Shown here: positions 1-12,997 of the stretch, in pieces
Position numbering within the stretch: position 1 is the stretch's first letter
Layout of the letters: each line of letters opens with the position of its first letter
NCBI GenBank assembly: GCA_951406725.2
Contig: OX597814.1
Coordinates: 180,172,001-180,236,000 of the forward strand
Direction of reading: 5' to 3'
Length of the DNA stretch: 64,000 bases
Source: Octopus vulgaris
Taxonomy: Eukaryota
Notes under the pieces: generated by a model
The model's input: the letters and a program-made list of their open reading frames with translations, nothing else
Database searches by the model: none
Told to the model about the DNA's origin: nothing
Translations under genes and position numbers: made by a program

Positions 1-178
1 AAGATTGTAGTAGTGTGGGTATGTGATGTGTATACAGGATAATAGTTCGGTGAAGAAATGCCAAAGAAATTAAGAGAAGGGATCCTGAAGAAGAGGAAAA
101 CCGAAAAATACGTGGGAGGATGTGTTAAAGGCTGATTTCAGAATACCCTCAGAGAGCATCTCAGGATGCCTTCTGACT

Positions 179-219
<41 letters not shown>

Positions 220-490
220 TACTTTCTAACCATCTTTAGCCATTCTTTCCTCTTTTCTGTCTTCTTCAATCTCAGCGACATACCAACAATCCGTAATAAT
301 GATATCGGAATCAGAAACACCTCCATCATCTCTCACAGTGCAGTTTTACTCCCACTCAGAGACATTAAAAATCCACCCACGTTTCTTCTATACAGTTGCT
401 ATGGCGACAAGATTTGGCTTAGCAGTAGACCTAATATTTTAAACCTTCATACAACTGAATGATTTTAAAAACAATATCGTAAGTTAACTA

Positions 491-723
491 TAAGGCGGCG
501 AGCTGGCAGAAACGTTAGCGCGCCGGGCGAAATGCTTAGCGGTATTTCATCTGCTGTTACGTTCTGAGTTCAAATTCCGCCGAGGACGACTTTGCCTTTC
601 ATCCTCTCGGGGTCGATAAATAAAGTACCAGTTTCGCACTGGGTCGATGTAATCGACTTAATCCGTTTGTCCGTCCTTGTTTGTCCCCTCTATGTTTAGC
701 TCCTTGTGGGTAGTAAAGAAATA
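491..723 (+). mobile_element. tRNA-derived SINE family 1 (GGCGGCGAGCTGGCAGAA head), full copy with 18-bp TSD
   Basis: A/B-box-like head (GAGTTCAAATTCC); TSD AATATCGTAAGTTAACTA at 473-490 and 724-741. Further copies or clusters at ~8160-8980, 14720-15400, 18108-18310, 19730-20165, 21020-21157, 24440-24835, 28850-29550, 34460-34810, 45468-45870, 58060-58340, 62686-63066. Confidence 0.9.
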
Positions 724-1641
724 AATATCGTAAGTTAACTAATAAGTCGCCGAGCTCATTAGCGTGTTTGGTAAGTAATCAGTTATTCGCGGTTCGATTT
801 CCGGCTGTAGTCGTAAAAAATTCACTGCTTTTCGTTTTCTAATTTCGAAAACGTGTGAACATCACATATTCCATAGGTTCAATGCAGCTGATCACATGCT
901 CATACATACCTGCATTCATTTGTATGCATGCATGCATGTATACTCTTTTACTTGATTCAGTCATTTGACTGTGGCTATGCTGGAGCACCGCTTTTAATCG
1001 AGCAACTCGACCCCGGGACTTATTCTTTTGTAAGCCCAGTACTTATTCTATCGGCTCTTTTGCCGAACCGCTAAGTAACGGGGACATAAACACACCAGCA
1101 TCGGTTGTCAAGCAATGCTAGGGGGACAAACACACTCACACAAACACACACGTATATATATATATATATATATACATATATACGACGGGCTTTTTTCAGT
1201 TTCCGTCTACCAAATCCACTCACAAGGCTTTGGTCGGTCCTAGGCTATAGTAGAAGACACTTGCCCAAGGTGCCACGCAGTGGGACTGAACCCGGTATGT
1301 ATGTATGTATGTATGGATGGATGGATGGATGGATGGATGGATGTCTTTCATCTCTCACTTATTGCAGTCAAAGGTCTATGGCCATGCTGGGGCACTACCT
1401 CGAAGTATTTAGTCTGCACAAATCGTCCAGTATTTAATTCTTTTTAAGTTAGGCACATATTCTGTCTTACTCCCGTGCCGAACCGCTAAGTTACAGGGAC
1501 ATATACAAACCAAGCGGTAGTGAAAGGTAACCACAAAGACATACGTCTTTGTAGACATGCGCCTACGTGAAAAAATACTTTTTAAAATAAAAGTGCTGTA
1601 CACACACAGACGCGCGTACAAACAGATACATATACACATAC

Positions 1642-2172
<531 letters not shown>

Positions 2173-2399
2173 GTATATATATATATATATATATAAGTAT
2201 ATGTATATTTGTATATATGTTCGTATGTGTGTGTGTGTGGATGTATGTGCACACATGGTCATATATGTATATGAGGTTTATGTGTGTATATGTATAAAGA
2301 GTGGAAGGTGTGGCAGTGGAAGAGGGAAAGAAGAAAACAGACGAGCCGAAATACATGTCAGGAAGGAAAAGGGAACACGAAGGGAAGAACAGTGAATAT

Positions 2400-2719
2400 G
2401 AAAGGCTCAGAGAAGAGGGGGGGAATAGAGTCGGAAGAAGGGAGGCGGAGGGTTAGGAGAGGGGAAGAGGAAACTTGAAGAGAGAGTGATAGAAAGAATA
2501 ACGGATACGAAAGAGAATGACAGATATATGTATATAGAGAGAGAGAAACATAAAGAGGAAAATGAGGAAGTAGAAAGAGAGAGTAGAGTGAATGAAGATG
2601 TGAAAGAATGAATGAAATAGAGAGGGCGGAGTAAGTGAAAGCAGAGAGAGAGAGAAAGAAAAGCCTGTGTGAAATAAAGAGATAGTTTTGAGGAATAAAG
2701 GATGATTGAATGAAGGTAG

Positions 2720-2775
<56 letters not shown>

Positions 2776-2778
2776 TAC

Positions 2779-2843
<65 letters not shown>

Positions 2844-2896
2844 GAGAGAGAAATTACATAGATAGATAGATAGAGAGAGAGAGAGAAATTACATAG

Positions 2897-2928
<32 letters not shown>

Positions 2929-3012
2929 GGAGAGAGAAATTACTTATATCGATAGATATATCGAGAGAGAGAGAGAGAGAGAGAAATTACATAGATAGAT
3001 AGATAGATAGAT

Positions 3013-3051
<39 letters not shown>

Positions 3052-3122
3052 TTTCTTTATTGGCCACACAGGGCTAGACATAGAGGGGACAATTACAATG
3101 TAGAGTTTTTTTTTCGAGGGGG

Positions 3123-3176
<54 letters not shown>

Positions 3177-3220
3177 CAAAGAGAGAGATTTCAATGACCA
3201 ATTTAGAAAAGGAAGTAGTC

Positions 3221-3250
<30 letters not shown>
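2400..3250. repeat. Purine-rich region with (GA)n/(GATA)n and repeated gagaaattacatagatag units
   Basis: Direct inspection. Confidence 0.9.
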
Positions 3251-3253
<3 letters not shown>

Positions 3254-3590
3254 CGGAATATGAATGGAAAATGAGACGTAACTCGAGTACGGGAGTTAGA
3301 AACGAGTAGGTCAAAGAGGAGAGAGAAAGGAACGAGTGGGAGGGGAAGGGTAATAACTCACATAATCAGTTTCCACACTGAATAATTGAACAAGGTGGGG
3401 TCTCTAGCAATTTCATAGCATTATGCATTAAAGGTCTCAACAAACATGAACCGGAGATGCTATTTAGGGAGCTGACACTACATTAGCTTAGGTTAAAATG
3501 CATTTAACTTTGTTTCTCTATAAATGTATGTGTACAACATAGATATACACTTATATATACACATATAGGCGTACGCACACATGCACTATA

Positions 3591-3630
<40 letters not shown>

Positions 3631-3759
3631 TATAATGTGTACCAAGATGAAACCTGTAGATTTTAACAAGCACTGCTTGTGTAAAATTAAACTTCAGTTG
3701 TAAAGTAATACTATGTAGCGACAAAAGTGAAAGGCGCCAACGCATCTGTAGTATAGTAG

Positions 3760-3762
<3 letters not shown>

Positions 3763-3797
<35 letters not shown>

Positions 3798-4300
3798 TGT
3801 TCGTGTGTAACGTGTGTTCGTTTGTGACGCGTGTGTGTGTGTGTGCACGTGTATGAGCATGTGTGTGTGTGCACGTGTGTGTGTGCACGTGTGTGTGTGC
3901 ACGTGTGTGTGTGTGTGTGTGCACGTGCGTATATATGTGTGTGTTCGTGTGTGCGCGCGTAGTGTTTACGTCTGAGTGTGTATGTGTGTATGTATATGCT
4001 TGTACATGCGTGTGTGTGTGCCTCTGAGTGTGTATATGTGTGTACACGTGTGTGTCTGAGTGTGTGTGTTTACATATATGAAAGTGTGTGCACGAGTGTG
4101 CGTATGTGTGTGCATGCACGTGTGTGTGTGTGTGTGCGTGCACGCGTGTGTGTGCACGTGTGTGTGTGGACACGTGTGTGTGCACGTGTGTGTGTGGGCA
4201 CATGTGTGTGTGGGCACGTGTGTGTATATGTGTGTACATGTGTATGTCTCTGAGTGTGTGTGTGTGCGCGGACGCATGTGTGAATGTACTGTGTGTATGA
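3763..4300. repeat. Degenerate (TG)n/(TGCACG) alternating purine-pyrimidine tract
   Basis: Direct inspection. Confidence 0.9.
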
Positions 4301-4834
4301 AGGCGCATGGCCTAGTGGTTAGGGTGTTGCACTCAAGATTGTAAAATCGTGGTTTCGATTCCCAGACCGGTACACTTCATTTCATGTCGGTTCAGTCCAC
4401 TGTTCCTTCTTGAGCCATGCCAGGCTCATAAGGACCGGTTTCCCGGTTTCAGCGGCGTAGAAATTCCCCACCTGGACGGGACGCCAGTCCGTCGCAGGAT
4501 TACTCATTTTTCCCAGCTAAGTGGACTGGAGCAAGGTGAAATGAAGTGTTTTGCTCAAGAACACAACGCATCGCTCGATCCAGGAATCGAAACCACAATC
4601 TTACGATCATGAGTTCAACACCTTAACCACAAAGCCATGCGCCTCCACTGAGCTGTGAGTGAGTAAACCCTACGATGGATTGGCGCTCTGTTCAGGAAAA
4701 TGTTTGCCATCCCGCCTTGCCAAACGGGATGGCATCATTTGAAAGCTATAACAATGTAAAGAATCGCATTGTGACCATACCTTATTCTGGTCGATACAGT
4801 GAGATATGTATATATATACATATGCGTGTGTGTG

Positions 4835-4872
<38 letters not shown>

Positions 4873-4911
4873 CGCATGTGTGTGCCTGTGTATGACGCAT
4901 GTATATATGTA

Positions 4912-4942
<31 letters not shown>

Positions 4943-5199
4943 TGTATGTATGTATGTATGTATTTATGTATGTATATCTGCAGGCATCCATGTATGTGGG
5001 TATGTATGTGTGTGCGCGCATGTATTTTATTGTCGGGTCGCTTGAAAACATTACTGGCAACCCCACCAAGTAAGTTTGGGGCAGGAGAATTTCGAACAAA
5101 AAGCAGATAAACCAAGAGGAATTAATGGCTATTCAATAATGGATGCTACTTTGGCGTGTGATCTACAACTTAAAGGGCGATTATTCGCGTCTGCCAAAG

Positions 5200-5575
5200 T
5201 TACCGGTTTGAAATCGTGAAACACTCTAATCCATAATTCAAAGAGAAGTTTCAGAAAATTCGGTTATTCATTCCGACGAATGGCCAGCATACTCCAGTCT
5301 AAATCATCTAAATTTCTGCCATTCTACTGTCAACCACCAAAGATATTATGTTAATCCAAACACAGGAACCAATACTCAAAGCAATTGAAAGAACCTGGTT
5401 GGATTCGAAAATTCGTATTTTGAAAATGAGGAGTGAACCAAAGAACCTTCAAATCTCACCATAATTATTTCTGTTGGCTACAGATGAGGAAGAATGCTGA
5501 AGACCTTTTTCTTGTGTTTCTTGATGTTCGCTCAATTCATCGACAAAATTATTCAAAATTGTATTTCATCTTTAT
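5200..5575 (+). pseudogene. Merlin (IS1016/IS1595-like DDE) transposase relic
   Basis: Frame from 5221 reads ...IIQREVSENSVIHSDEWPAYSSLNHLNFCHSTVNHQRYYVNPNTGTNTQ, then a frameshift to AIERTWLDSK. The I.SD.W.AY..L...H.TVNH...V.P.TG..TQ.IE..W signature is present, with an in-frame stop at 5227. Confidence 0.8.
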
Positions 5576-6282
5576 TATGAAATTGCTCTTTTACTCTTTT
5601 ACTTGTTTCAGTCATTTGACTGCGGCCATGCTGGAGCACCGCATTTAGTCGTACAAATCGACCCCAGGACTAATTCTTTGTAAGCCTAGTACTTATTCTA
5701 TAGGTCTCTTTTGCCGAACCGCTAAGTTACGGGAACGTAAACACACCAGCATCGGTTGTCAAGCGATGTTGGGAAGACAAACACAGACTCAGAAACACAC
5801 ACACTCATATATATATATACATATACATATATATACAACGGGCTTCTTTCAGTTTCCGTCTACCAAATCCATTCACAAGGCTTTGGTTGGCCCGAGGCTA
5901 TAGTAGAAGACACTTGCCCAAGGTGCCACGCAGTGGGACGGAACCCGGAACCATGTGGTTCGTAAGCAAGTTACTTACCACACAGCCACTAAATTCATTT
6001 GTACACATTTAGCATTGTAAATATATTTTTCTCAAAATTCTTACTATTTTAATAAAACCATGTTTCACTTATCTTAGTAAATAATGATAAGAAACCAAAA
6101 ATAAACAACATAATAATTAAAATAAGCGCGTAGATCACACAAGTTTGGCAGCCGCGAGTTTTGCAACGTAAAGTTAGGGAAAAATTCACCTTTTTTCCCC
6201 TTCTCTTCGAGCTTCCTTCGTTTCTGCACCACAACGATGACATGATGCAACTTTTTCTTCATCATCTAAAAAGGCCATTTAA

Positions 6283-6347
<65 letters not shown>

Positions 6348-6356
6348 CAGATAGAC

Positions 6357-6427
<71 letters not shown>

Positions 6428-6675
6428 CAGATAGATAGATAGACAGATATAGATTGATAGATAAGTTTCTTTATTGGCCACACAGGGCTGCACACAGATG
6501 GGACAAGTTACAAGGTAGAGCTTTTCTTTTGGGGGATGAAAAAAACAAAAAACAAAAGAAACAAAAAAAAAAGGGGTGGCGTAGGTTTTCGATCAAGAGG
6601 GATCGTAAAAAGGGAGAAAAGAACAAAAAATAAATAAATAAATAAAGAAAGAAAAAATTTTAAAAAAATAAATAA

Positions 6676-6768
<93 letters not shown>

Positions 6769-7116
6769 GTTTATATTATTCGACACACCATCACACACAC
6801 ACACGCCTATATAGACGTCAACAGATACCTTCTACTGTGTGTCATTATAAAGCCTTCTTATTTCGTTATTTACTGACAATTTAAATAGAATTTATGACAA
6901 AATCTAAGTAAATCTTGTAACATATATTTGTCTAAATCCCTTGTGATCAAGAACTGACTTTTTAACAGCCTTGTGAGTGAAATGACATTAATATATTTTG
7001 AAAAATTGTTGTTTGACAAATATAATTTGACAGAGATATATGTAGCATGCAGAAATTCAATTTTATGAGTCATTAAATTCAACGACGCTATCATAAATAT
7101 AAAAATATATAAATTT

Positions 7117-7300
7117 TGGAGATGTATTTGCCTGGCAGGTGATTTGACCCGAGACCGTGTGTTGAAATCAAAACAGTTACAGCGTTGAAGAAGTCTATAA
7201 ACCGTTCGAATAGACACGAAGACTGTTAACTTCACTTTAACATTTATTATTTAATAGCAAAGTTTTCGTCGCACCAACAGCAACTTGGTCACTGAGACGG
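7117..7300 (-). mobile_element. Diverged copy of the element D family
   Basis: ggagatgtatttgcctggcaggtgatttgacccgagaccgtgtg aligns to 27392 onward. The minus strand reads GTGACCA-A-GTTGC...GCGAC-GAAAAC. Confidence 0.55.
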
Positions 7301-7424
7301 GTCCACTGCAATTGGTTTTAGGCGAGGCTGAGGGTTATAAATGTATGTTGTATTTTTTTTCATCTATATAGGTCTGTCGTTCTGGTTGTCATCACCTGGT
7401 GCTCACAGTTAGTCAGCTTAAGTA

Positions 7425-7943
7425 CCGTAAATCCTCGAGTATAGTCCGCCCTTGAGTATAATACGCAGGGAATTTTTAGGAGCTGTACTTCTGTAAAACC
7501 CAAACCTTGTGCATAATACGCAACCCTTCTCTAACTTTAGTCGTGCGTAATTAAGCCAGCAGCACCTAGTCGAACAAACACTTCCGCGCATGCGTAATAC
7601 AATAATGGTGATGTTCTTAACTGTTATATGGGAATGTAAATGTTTGCAAATAGTTTTTGTTACATGTTATTCTGTGTTATGAATACTTTTATTTTAATAA
7701 ATGTTGCTTACTGCAAGTTATGGATGATTCTTTTATAACTTCATTGCTTTCAGGCATAGCTTAAGGTATTTTCGTGTCCGACATCACAAAATGCGTCTGA
7801 ATTAACATTGACGGGCTGCAAATAGAGACCCGGACATTGCTTAGAAAATATTTTTCATTTTTAACCTCGTATATAGTACGCACTAGGGATTTTGACCTTT
7901 AAATTTTGGGGAAAAAATGCGGATTATACTCGAGGATTTTCGG
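7425..7943 (+). mobile_element. Tc1/mariner-superfamily MITE (CCGTA TIR family), copy 1
   Basis: TA-CCGTAAATCCTCGAGTATA...TATACTCGAGGATTTTCGG-TA. Confidence 0.85.
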
Positions 7944-9977
7944 TATTTAGTTGTAATCCGTATACGTTCTCTTCCGTTCTCTAAGTTAATAGGGGTTCTT
8001 TTGGCGTTGTCTAGTACAAGTCAGGAATTATTGACTTCAAAGAAAGGAAACCGTCTTTAATTAAAGGAGAGAAACAATAAGGAGAAAAGTTGACACAAAA
8101 TATATTTTAAATATGAAACAAGTTATTAAAAAAAACCAATAGCAATATTTCAAATAGTTAAAGCGGTGAGCTGACAGAATCGTTAGCACGCCGGGCGAAA
8201 TGCTTTGTAGTATTTCGTCCGCCGCTGCGTTCTGAGTTCAAATTCCACCGAGGTCGACTTTACCTTTCATCCTTTGGGGTCGATAAATTAAGTACTAGTG
8301 ACGCACTGGGATCGATATAATTGACTTAATCCGTTTGTCTGTCCTTGTTTGTCGTCTGTGTTTAGCCCCTTGTGGGTAGTAAAGAAATAGGTATTTCGTT
8401 TGTCTTTACGTTCTGAGTTCAAATTCCACCGAAATCGACTTTTCCTTTTCATCTTTTTAGGACCAATAAAATAAGTACCAAGTGGAGCACTCAGGTCAAT
8501 GTAATCGAGACTTACGCCCGCCCCGGAAGTAGCTGGCCATGTGCCAAAATTTGAAACCAATACTTTTAATAATCGTTTGTAACACAGGTACCAGACCAGG
8601 AATTGATAAGGAGGTGTTAACCGATTAAACTGATCTCAGTACTTGACTGATTAATTAATTTTATTGACCTTCAGAGGATAAAAGGCAAAGTTCACCTGGG
8701 TAGTATTCGAAAGCAAAAAGACCCGAAATGAATTCCACAAATCATTTTGTCTGACTTTGATAACTCACTGACCTTAATAATAACTAATTTAAGCAGTAGG
8801 CCAACAATTTAGGAAGTGATGTATCACATCGACTCATGGACTTGATTGGTGCTTAATTTTATTGACTTTCGAAGTATGAAAGGCAAAGTTTCTCGCGGTG
8901 GAATTTCTATTCAGAATGTCACTATAACACGGCATTCTATCTGATGTTCAAATGCTTCTGTCAACTCAACGCTTACAGCAATATTTCTCAAAATAAAATA
9001 AGAAGAAAGGAAAAATTAAGACCGTGGGCGGTCGAATCCATTTTCGAATTTTCCCCCCATGTCGTACAAAATGGAACTATCAATCAAAGTAGTCAGATTT
9101 AATGAAAAGCACTGAGTTATACGATATATATTTACCCTGGTGGTAAAATACAAGACATCGAGCACGAATGTATGACTTTATTAAATGTCATTTATATAGT
9201 CATGAATTTGCGTATATTTGATATCATCAACTGATACAAAATATATTTTATCTAACGCTGTTTCCGCAATAACTTAAATTTTGTGTAGGTTTTTATCCAA
9301 GAGATGTTACAGGCAATAATTGCATTTTAGAAAAGTGTTCAATTTTAATTAACCTGAGAAAAGTCAGTGCAATTTTATATTAAAAGATCATTTTATACCT
9401 CGGTCTGAATTTTAACCTTTAGATTTGTTAGTTCAGAAAGTTTTCACGAAATTTCTTTCGGCGCACACAAGATATTCTATATGTGTAATGGAAAGTTACA
9501 TAGAATAAAAATTATATATTACACCAGTTAATAGAAAAATACCCATATATCTTTTCTATTTACATCCACTGTTGAAGTAAAACATTTTTTTCTTACAATT
9601 CTAGATTAATCAATATACATAACACCTGAAGGAATTTTTTGTCTTTTCTGAAGATGCTTATCTATCTACGACCTTCGACTACTTTAAACAGTAATGTATG
9701 CGTTAAGTCGTTCGGGAGGGAAGATTAAAATGTGGTTACAACAATCGTTGAGGGAGAGAGTACATGAGGAAAAAAATACAGACATCGCTGGAGAAAAAAG
9801 AAATGAGAAAGGCAGCTGCGGATGTAAAATAGTGTGAGAGTGAATATGTCAGTTGAAAAATAAAAAGACTTGCAGTAAATTTATATTTCTGAATTATACA
9901 TGCGCATACTTCTATATATACACATACATGCAAACATACATACATACATACTTACATACATACATACATACGTACGT

Positions 9978-10021
<44 letters not shown>

Positions 10022-10027
10022 CTAGAT

Positions 10028-10149
10028 CAGTGCTTTTCAACCTTTTTGCTGGAGTGGAACCCCAAGAAAACATTTCACTGGCTCGAGGAACCCCTGGACT
10101 GTACTGGCGGAACCCTAAGGTTCCGCGGAACCCTGGTTGAAAACCACTG
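10028..10149. mobile_element. hAT (Charlie-like) MITE
   Basis: TIRs CAGTGCTTTTCAACC / GGTTGAAAACCACTG; 8-bp TSD ATCTAGAT / ATCTAGGT. Confidence 0.85.
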
Positions 10150-10165
10150 ATCTAGGTAGACAAAT

Positions 10166-10327
<162 letters not shown>

Positions 10328-10631
10328 TTCTTTATTAGCCACACAGGGCTGAACACAGAGGAACAAATTACAAAGTAGAACTTTTCTTTTTGGGGGAGAA
10401 AAAAAAGTGGGGTAGGTTTTCGATCAAAAAAACGATCAATAAGGATTGTATATCACAGAAATGTCATGAAGTAAAGTGTAAAGGGGGAAGCAGATAAGGT
10501 TTATCCATGGAAAGAAAAGCCTACGGCAAAGACCACGGTAACTTCGGTCAATAATGTCACATGTTGACACATTTATTTGGAAGTAAGTAAATAGATAGAT
10601 AGATAGCTATAGATCTATATATACATATATA

Positions 10632-10770
10632 CAGAGGTGGGCACCGTTAATCAAAAAGTTAACTTCGTTAATCATTAATCCGTTAACCAAAAAGTTAACT
10701 TCGTTAATCCGTTAATTCTTTGAAAATGCAAGGGAAGTTAACGTTAATCCGTTAATGTTAACTTTTATTG
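10632..10770 (+). mobile_element. hAT-like element end with subterminal repeats
   Basis: CAGAGGTGGGCACCGTTAA followed by multiple (C)GTTAA(T/C) repeats; no partner end found. Confidence 0.4.
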
Positions 10771-11241
10771 AAAAAGGCAAAACTATATTTTAACACTCAA
10801 TCGATTATGTTGCCTCATAAATTCCAGAAAAACGGATACTTTTTAACGAAAATTTCACCAAATAATCGCTTAAATTTTGTAGATCGAGAGTCTGTAAAGA
10901 TTTGTTGGAAAAAATTTCTGAGGGTTGGGGAGAAGAGTTTCGGAAAATTCACAGGACCCGTCATTTTCCCACTCATAACTTTCTGGAAAATAGGTAGTTT
11001 TTTTATGAAATTTTATACAAATACCTTTCAAACGGTGTACTCTTTACTCTTTTACTCTTTTACTTGTTTCAGCCATTTGACTGCGGCCATGCTGGAGCAC
11101 CGCCTTTAGTCGAGCAAATCGACCCCGGGACTTATTCTTTGTAAGCCCAGTACTTATTCTATCGGTCTCTTTTGCCGAACCGCTAAGTAACGGGGACATA
11201 AGCACACCAGCATCGGTTGTCAAGCAATGCTAGGGGGACAA

Positions 11242-11278
<37 letters not shown>

Positions 11279-11858
11279 CATATATACGACAGGCTTCTTT
11301 CAGTTTCCGTCTACCAAATCCACTCACAAGGCATTGGTCGGCCCGGGGCTATAGCAGAAGACACTTGCTCAAGATGCCACGCAGTGGGACTGAACCCGTA
11401 ACCATGTGGTTGGTTAGCAAGCTACTTACCACACAGCCACTCCTGTAGATTACTATTACAAAGAAATTTGTAGGCAAAATATTTGAACTTACTCTGCGGT
11501 GAATTGATAATCATCTACAGTCATCTGAAAGCCTACGCTGGGGGCGAAAAAAAGACGAAACGCAAAACGTCGAAGAAAAACTGACAACTTCTTGGATCGA
11601 AGAAACCCATGACCACGATACGATTACCAGAATAATGATTTTTTCCTGACTGTTACCTTCACTATTACGCATAAAAACATTCTTTTTTTAAAAAAATATT
11701 TACGTAGGCGTAGGAGTGGCTGTGTGGTAAGTAACTTGCTTACAAACCACATGGTTCCGGGTTTAGTCCCACTGCGTGGCACCTTGGGCAAGTGTCTCGG
11801 GCCAACCAAAGCCTTGTGAGTAGATTTGGTAGACGGAAACTGAAAGAAGCCCGTCGTA

Positions 11859-11896
<38 letters not shown>

Positions 11897-11912
11897 TACA
11901 TGTATGTCTCTC

Positions 11913-11951
<39 letters not shown>

Positions 11952-12353
11952 TAGTGTTTCTGTGTTTGTCCCCCCAACATCGCTTGACAACCGATGCTGG
12001 TGCGTTTACGTTCCCGTAACCTAGCGGTTCGGCAAAAGAGACCGATAGAATAAGTACTAGGCTTACAAAGAATTAGTCCTGGGGATCGATTTGCTCAACT
12101 AAAGGCGGTGCTCCAGTATGGCCACAGTCAAATAACTGAAACAAGTAAAAACGTGGAAAAAAAGTATACACTTACGTTTCGATCAGTTTGATTCTCGTCT
12201 ACTATTGATATTTCTGTGCTCTTTAGCACAATACATCTATATGAGAAGCCTTTCAACGCGAATACTGCCATAATACAGCTTCTAACAATACATCTACGTT
12301 AAGGATGATATCAAGATTGCTATTCGGTATTAATACTGTTTCCTTCACAAATA

Positions 12354-12742
12354 TCTATATACATAAAACTGAAGTTGTGTGGTGTCTGTCTCCTACGATT
12401 TAGATTCCTAACTACTCCCACATTTTGCGGTGCAGTTTAACCAAAAGCGGGTATCTTATAGTCGTGATTCATATCGAGCCCTTCTGGGTATTAGCACGCG
12501 TCTACGATGAGTCTACGATTTAAAAAAAAATTTACCATCATTTTTTCCATTTTTAATGCATTTTTTGCTATTGTATATGGGAGGTAACTCTCTAAAAATG
12601 TCTACGATTTTAAAAAAAAATTACCATAATTTTTTTCCATTTTTAATGCATTTTTGCCATTATATAAGGGAAGTAACTCTCTAAAAATGCTTATATAGTT
12701 ATTTCCCTTACAAACCTGAGCAACGCCGGGCGATACTGCTAG
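12354..12742 (+). mobile_element. Non-autonomous Helitron
   Basis: A|TCTATATACATAAAA...CCTGAGCAACGCCGGG (hairpin) CGATACTG-CTAG|T. No TSD; internal ~85-bp tandem duplication. Confidence 0.8.
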
Positions 12743-12918
12743 TTTAATCCTAAATTAATGGTAATAAACGCTCTTATACATTTTGCCCCTGACGAATCTA
12801 TATTGAAAATATTAATCATCGTTTAAATATTAGAAATCATGCATTATATGGGTTTGGTTTCCGTTCTACTTATCTGATTTCATCTTGTATATAATATATA
12901 TTATTTCTTGATTTTTAG

Positions 12919-12997
12919 AGCAAGGGAACCTGGATTCAAGCGGTCATTTGTCCGTATCATCGTATCACATGATGGGGTGGTATTGTGGATACCTGTG
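12919..12997 (+). CDS. Cys-loop ligand-gated ion channel (nAChR-like) subunit, first exon found in window (extracellular beta5-beta6 region)
   Basis: Acceptor ttgatttttAG at 12917-18 and donor GTG|gtaagt at 12998. Encodes (x)AREPGFKRSFVRIIVSHDGVVLWIPV, matching the nAChR 'V..dG.V.W.P' motif. Phase-0 end joins the 19267 exon. Confidence 0.85.

Noticed and set aside
166-462. ORF with DKIWL resembling the loop-A 'IW.PD' motif
   Set aside because: No PD motif, an in-frame stop before the nearest donor, and an N-terminus made of (CT)n.
491-600. tRNA genes
   Set aside because: tRNA-like sequences are SINE heads followed by SINE bodies; no complete cloverleaf.
7372-7407. Possible signal-peptide exon SVVLVVITWCS after ttttcatctatatAG
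   Set aside because: No initiating exon, and no intervening N-terminal or loop-A exons found before 12919; weak donor.
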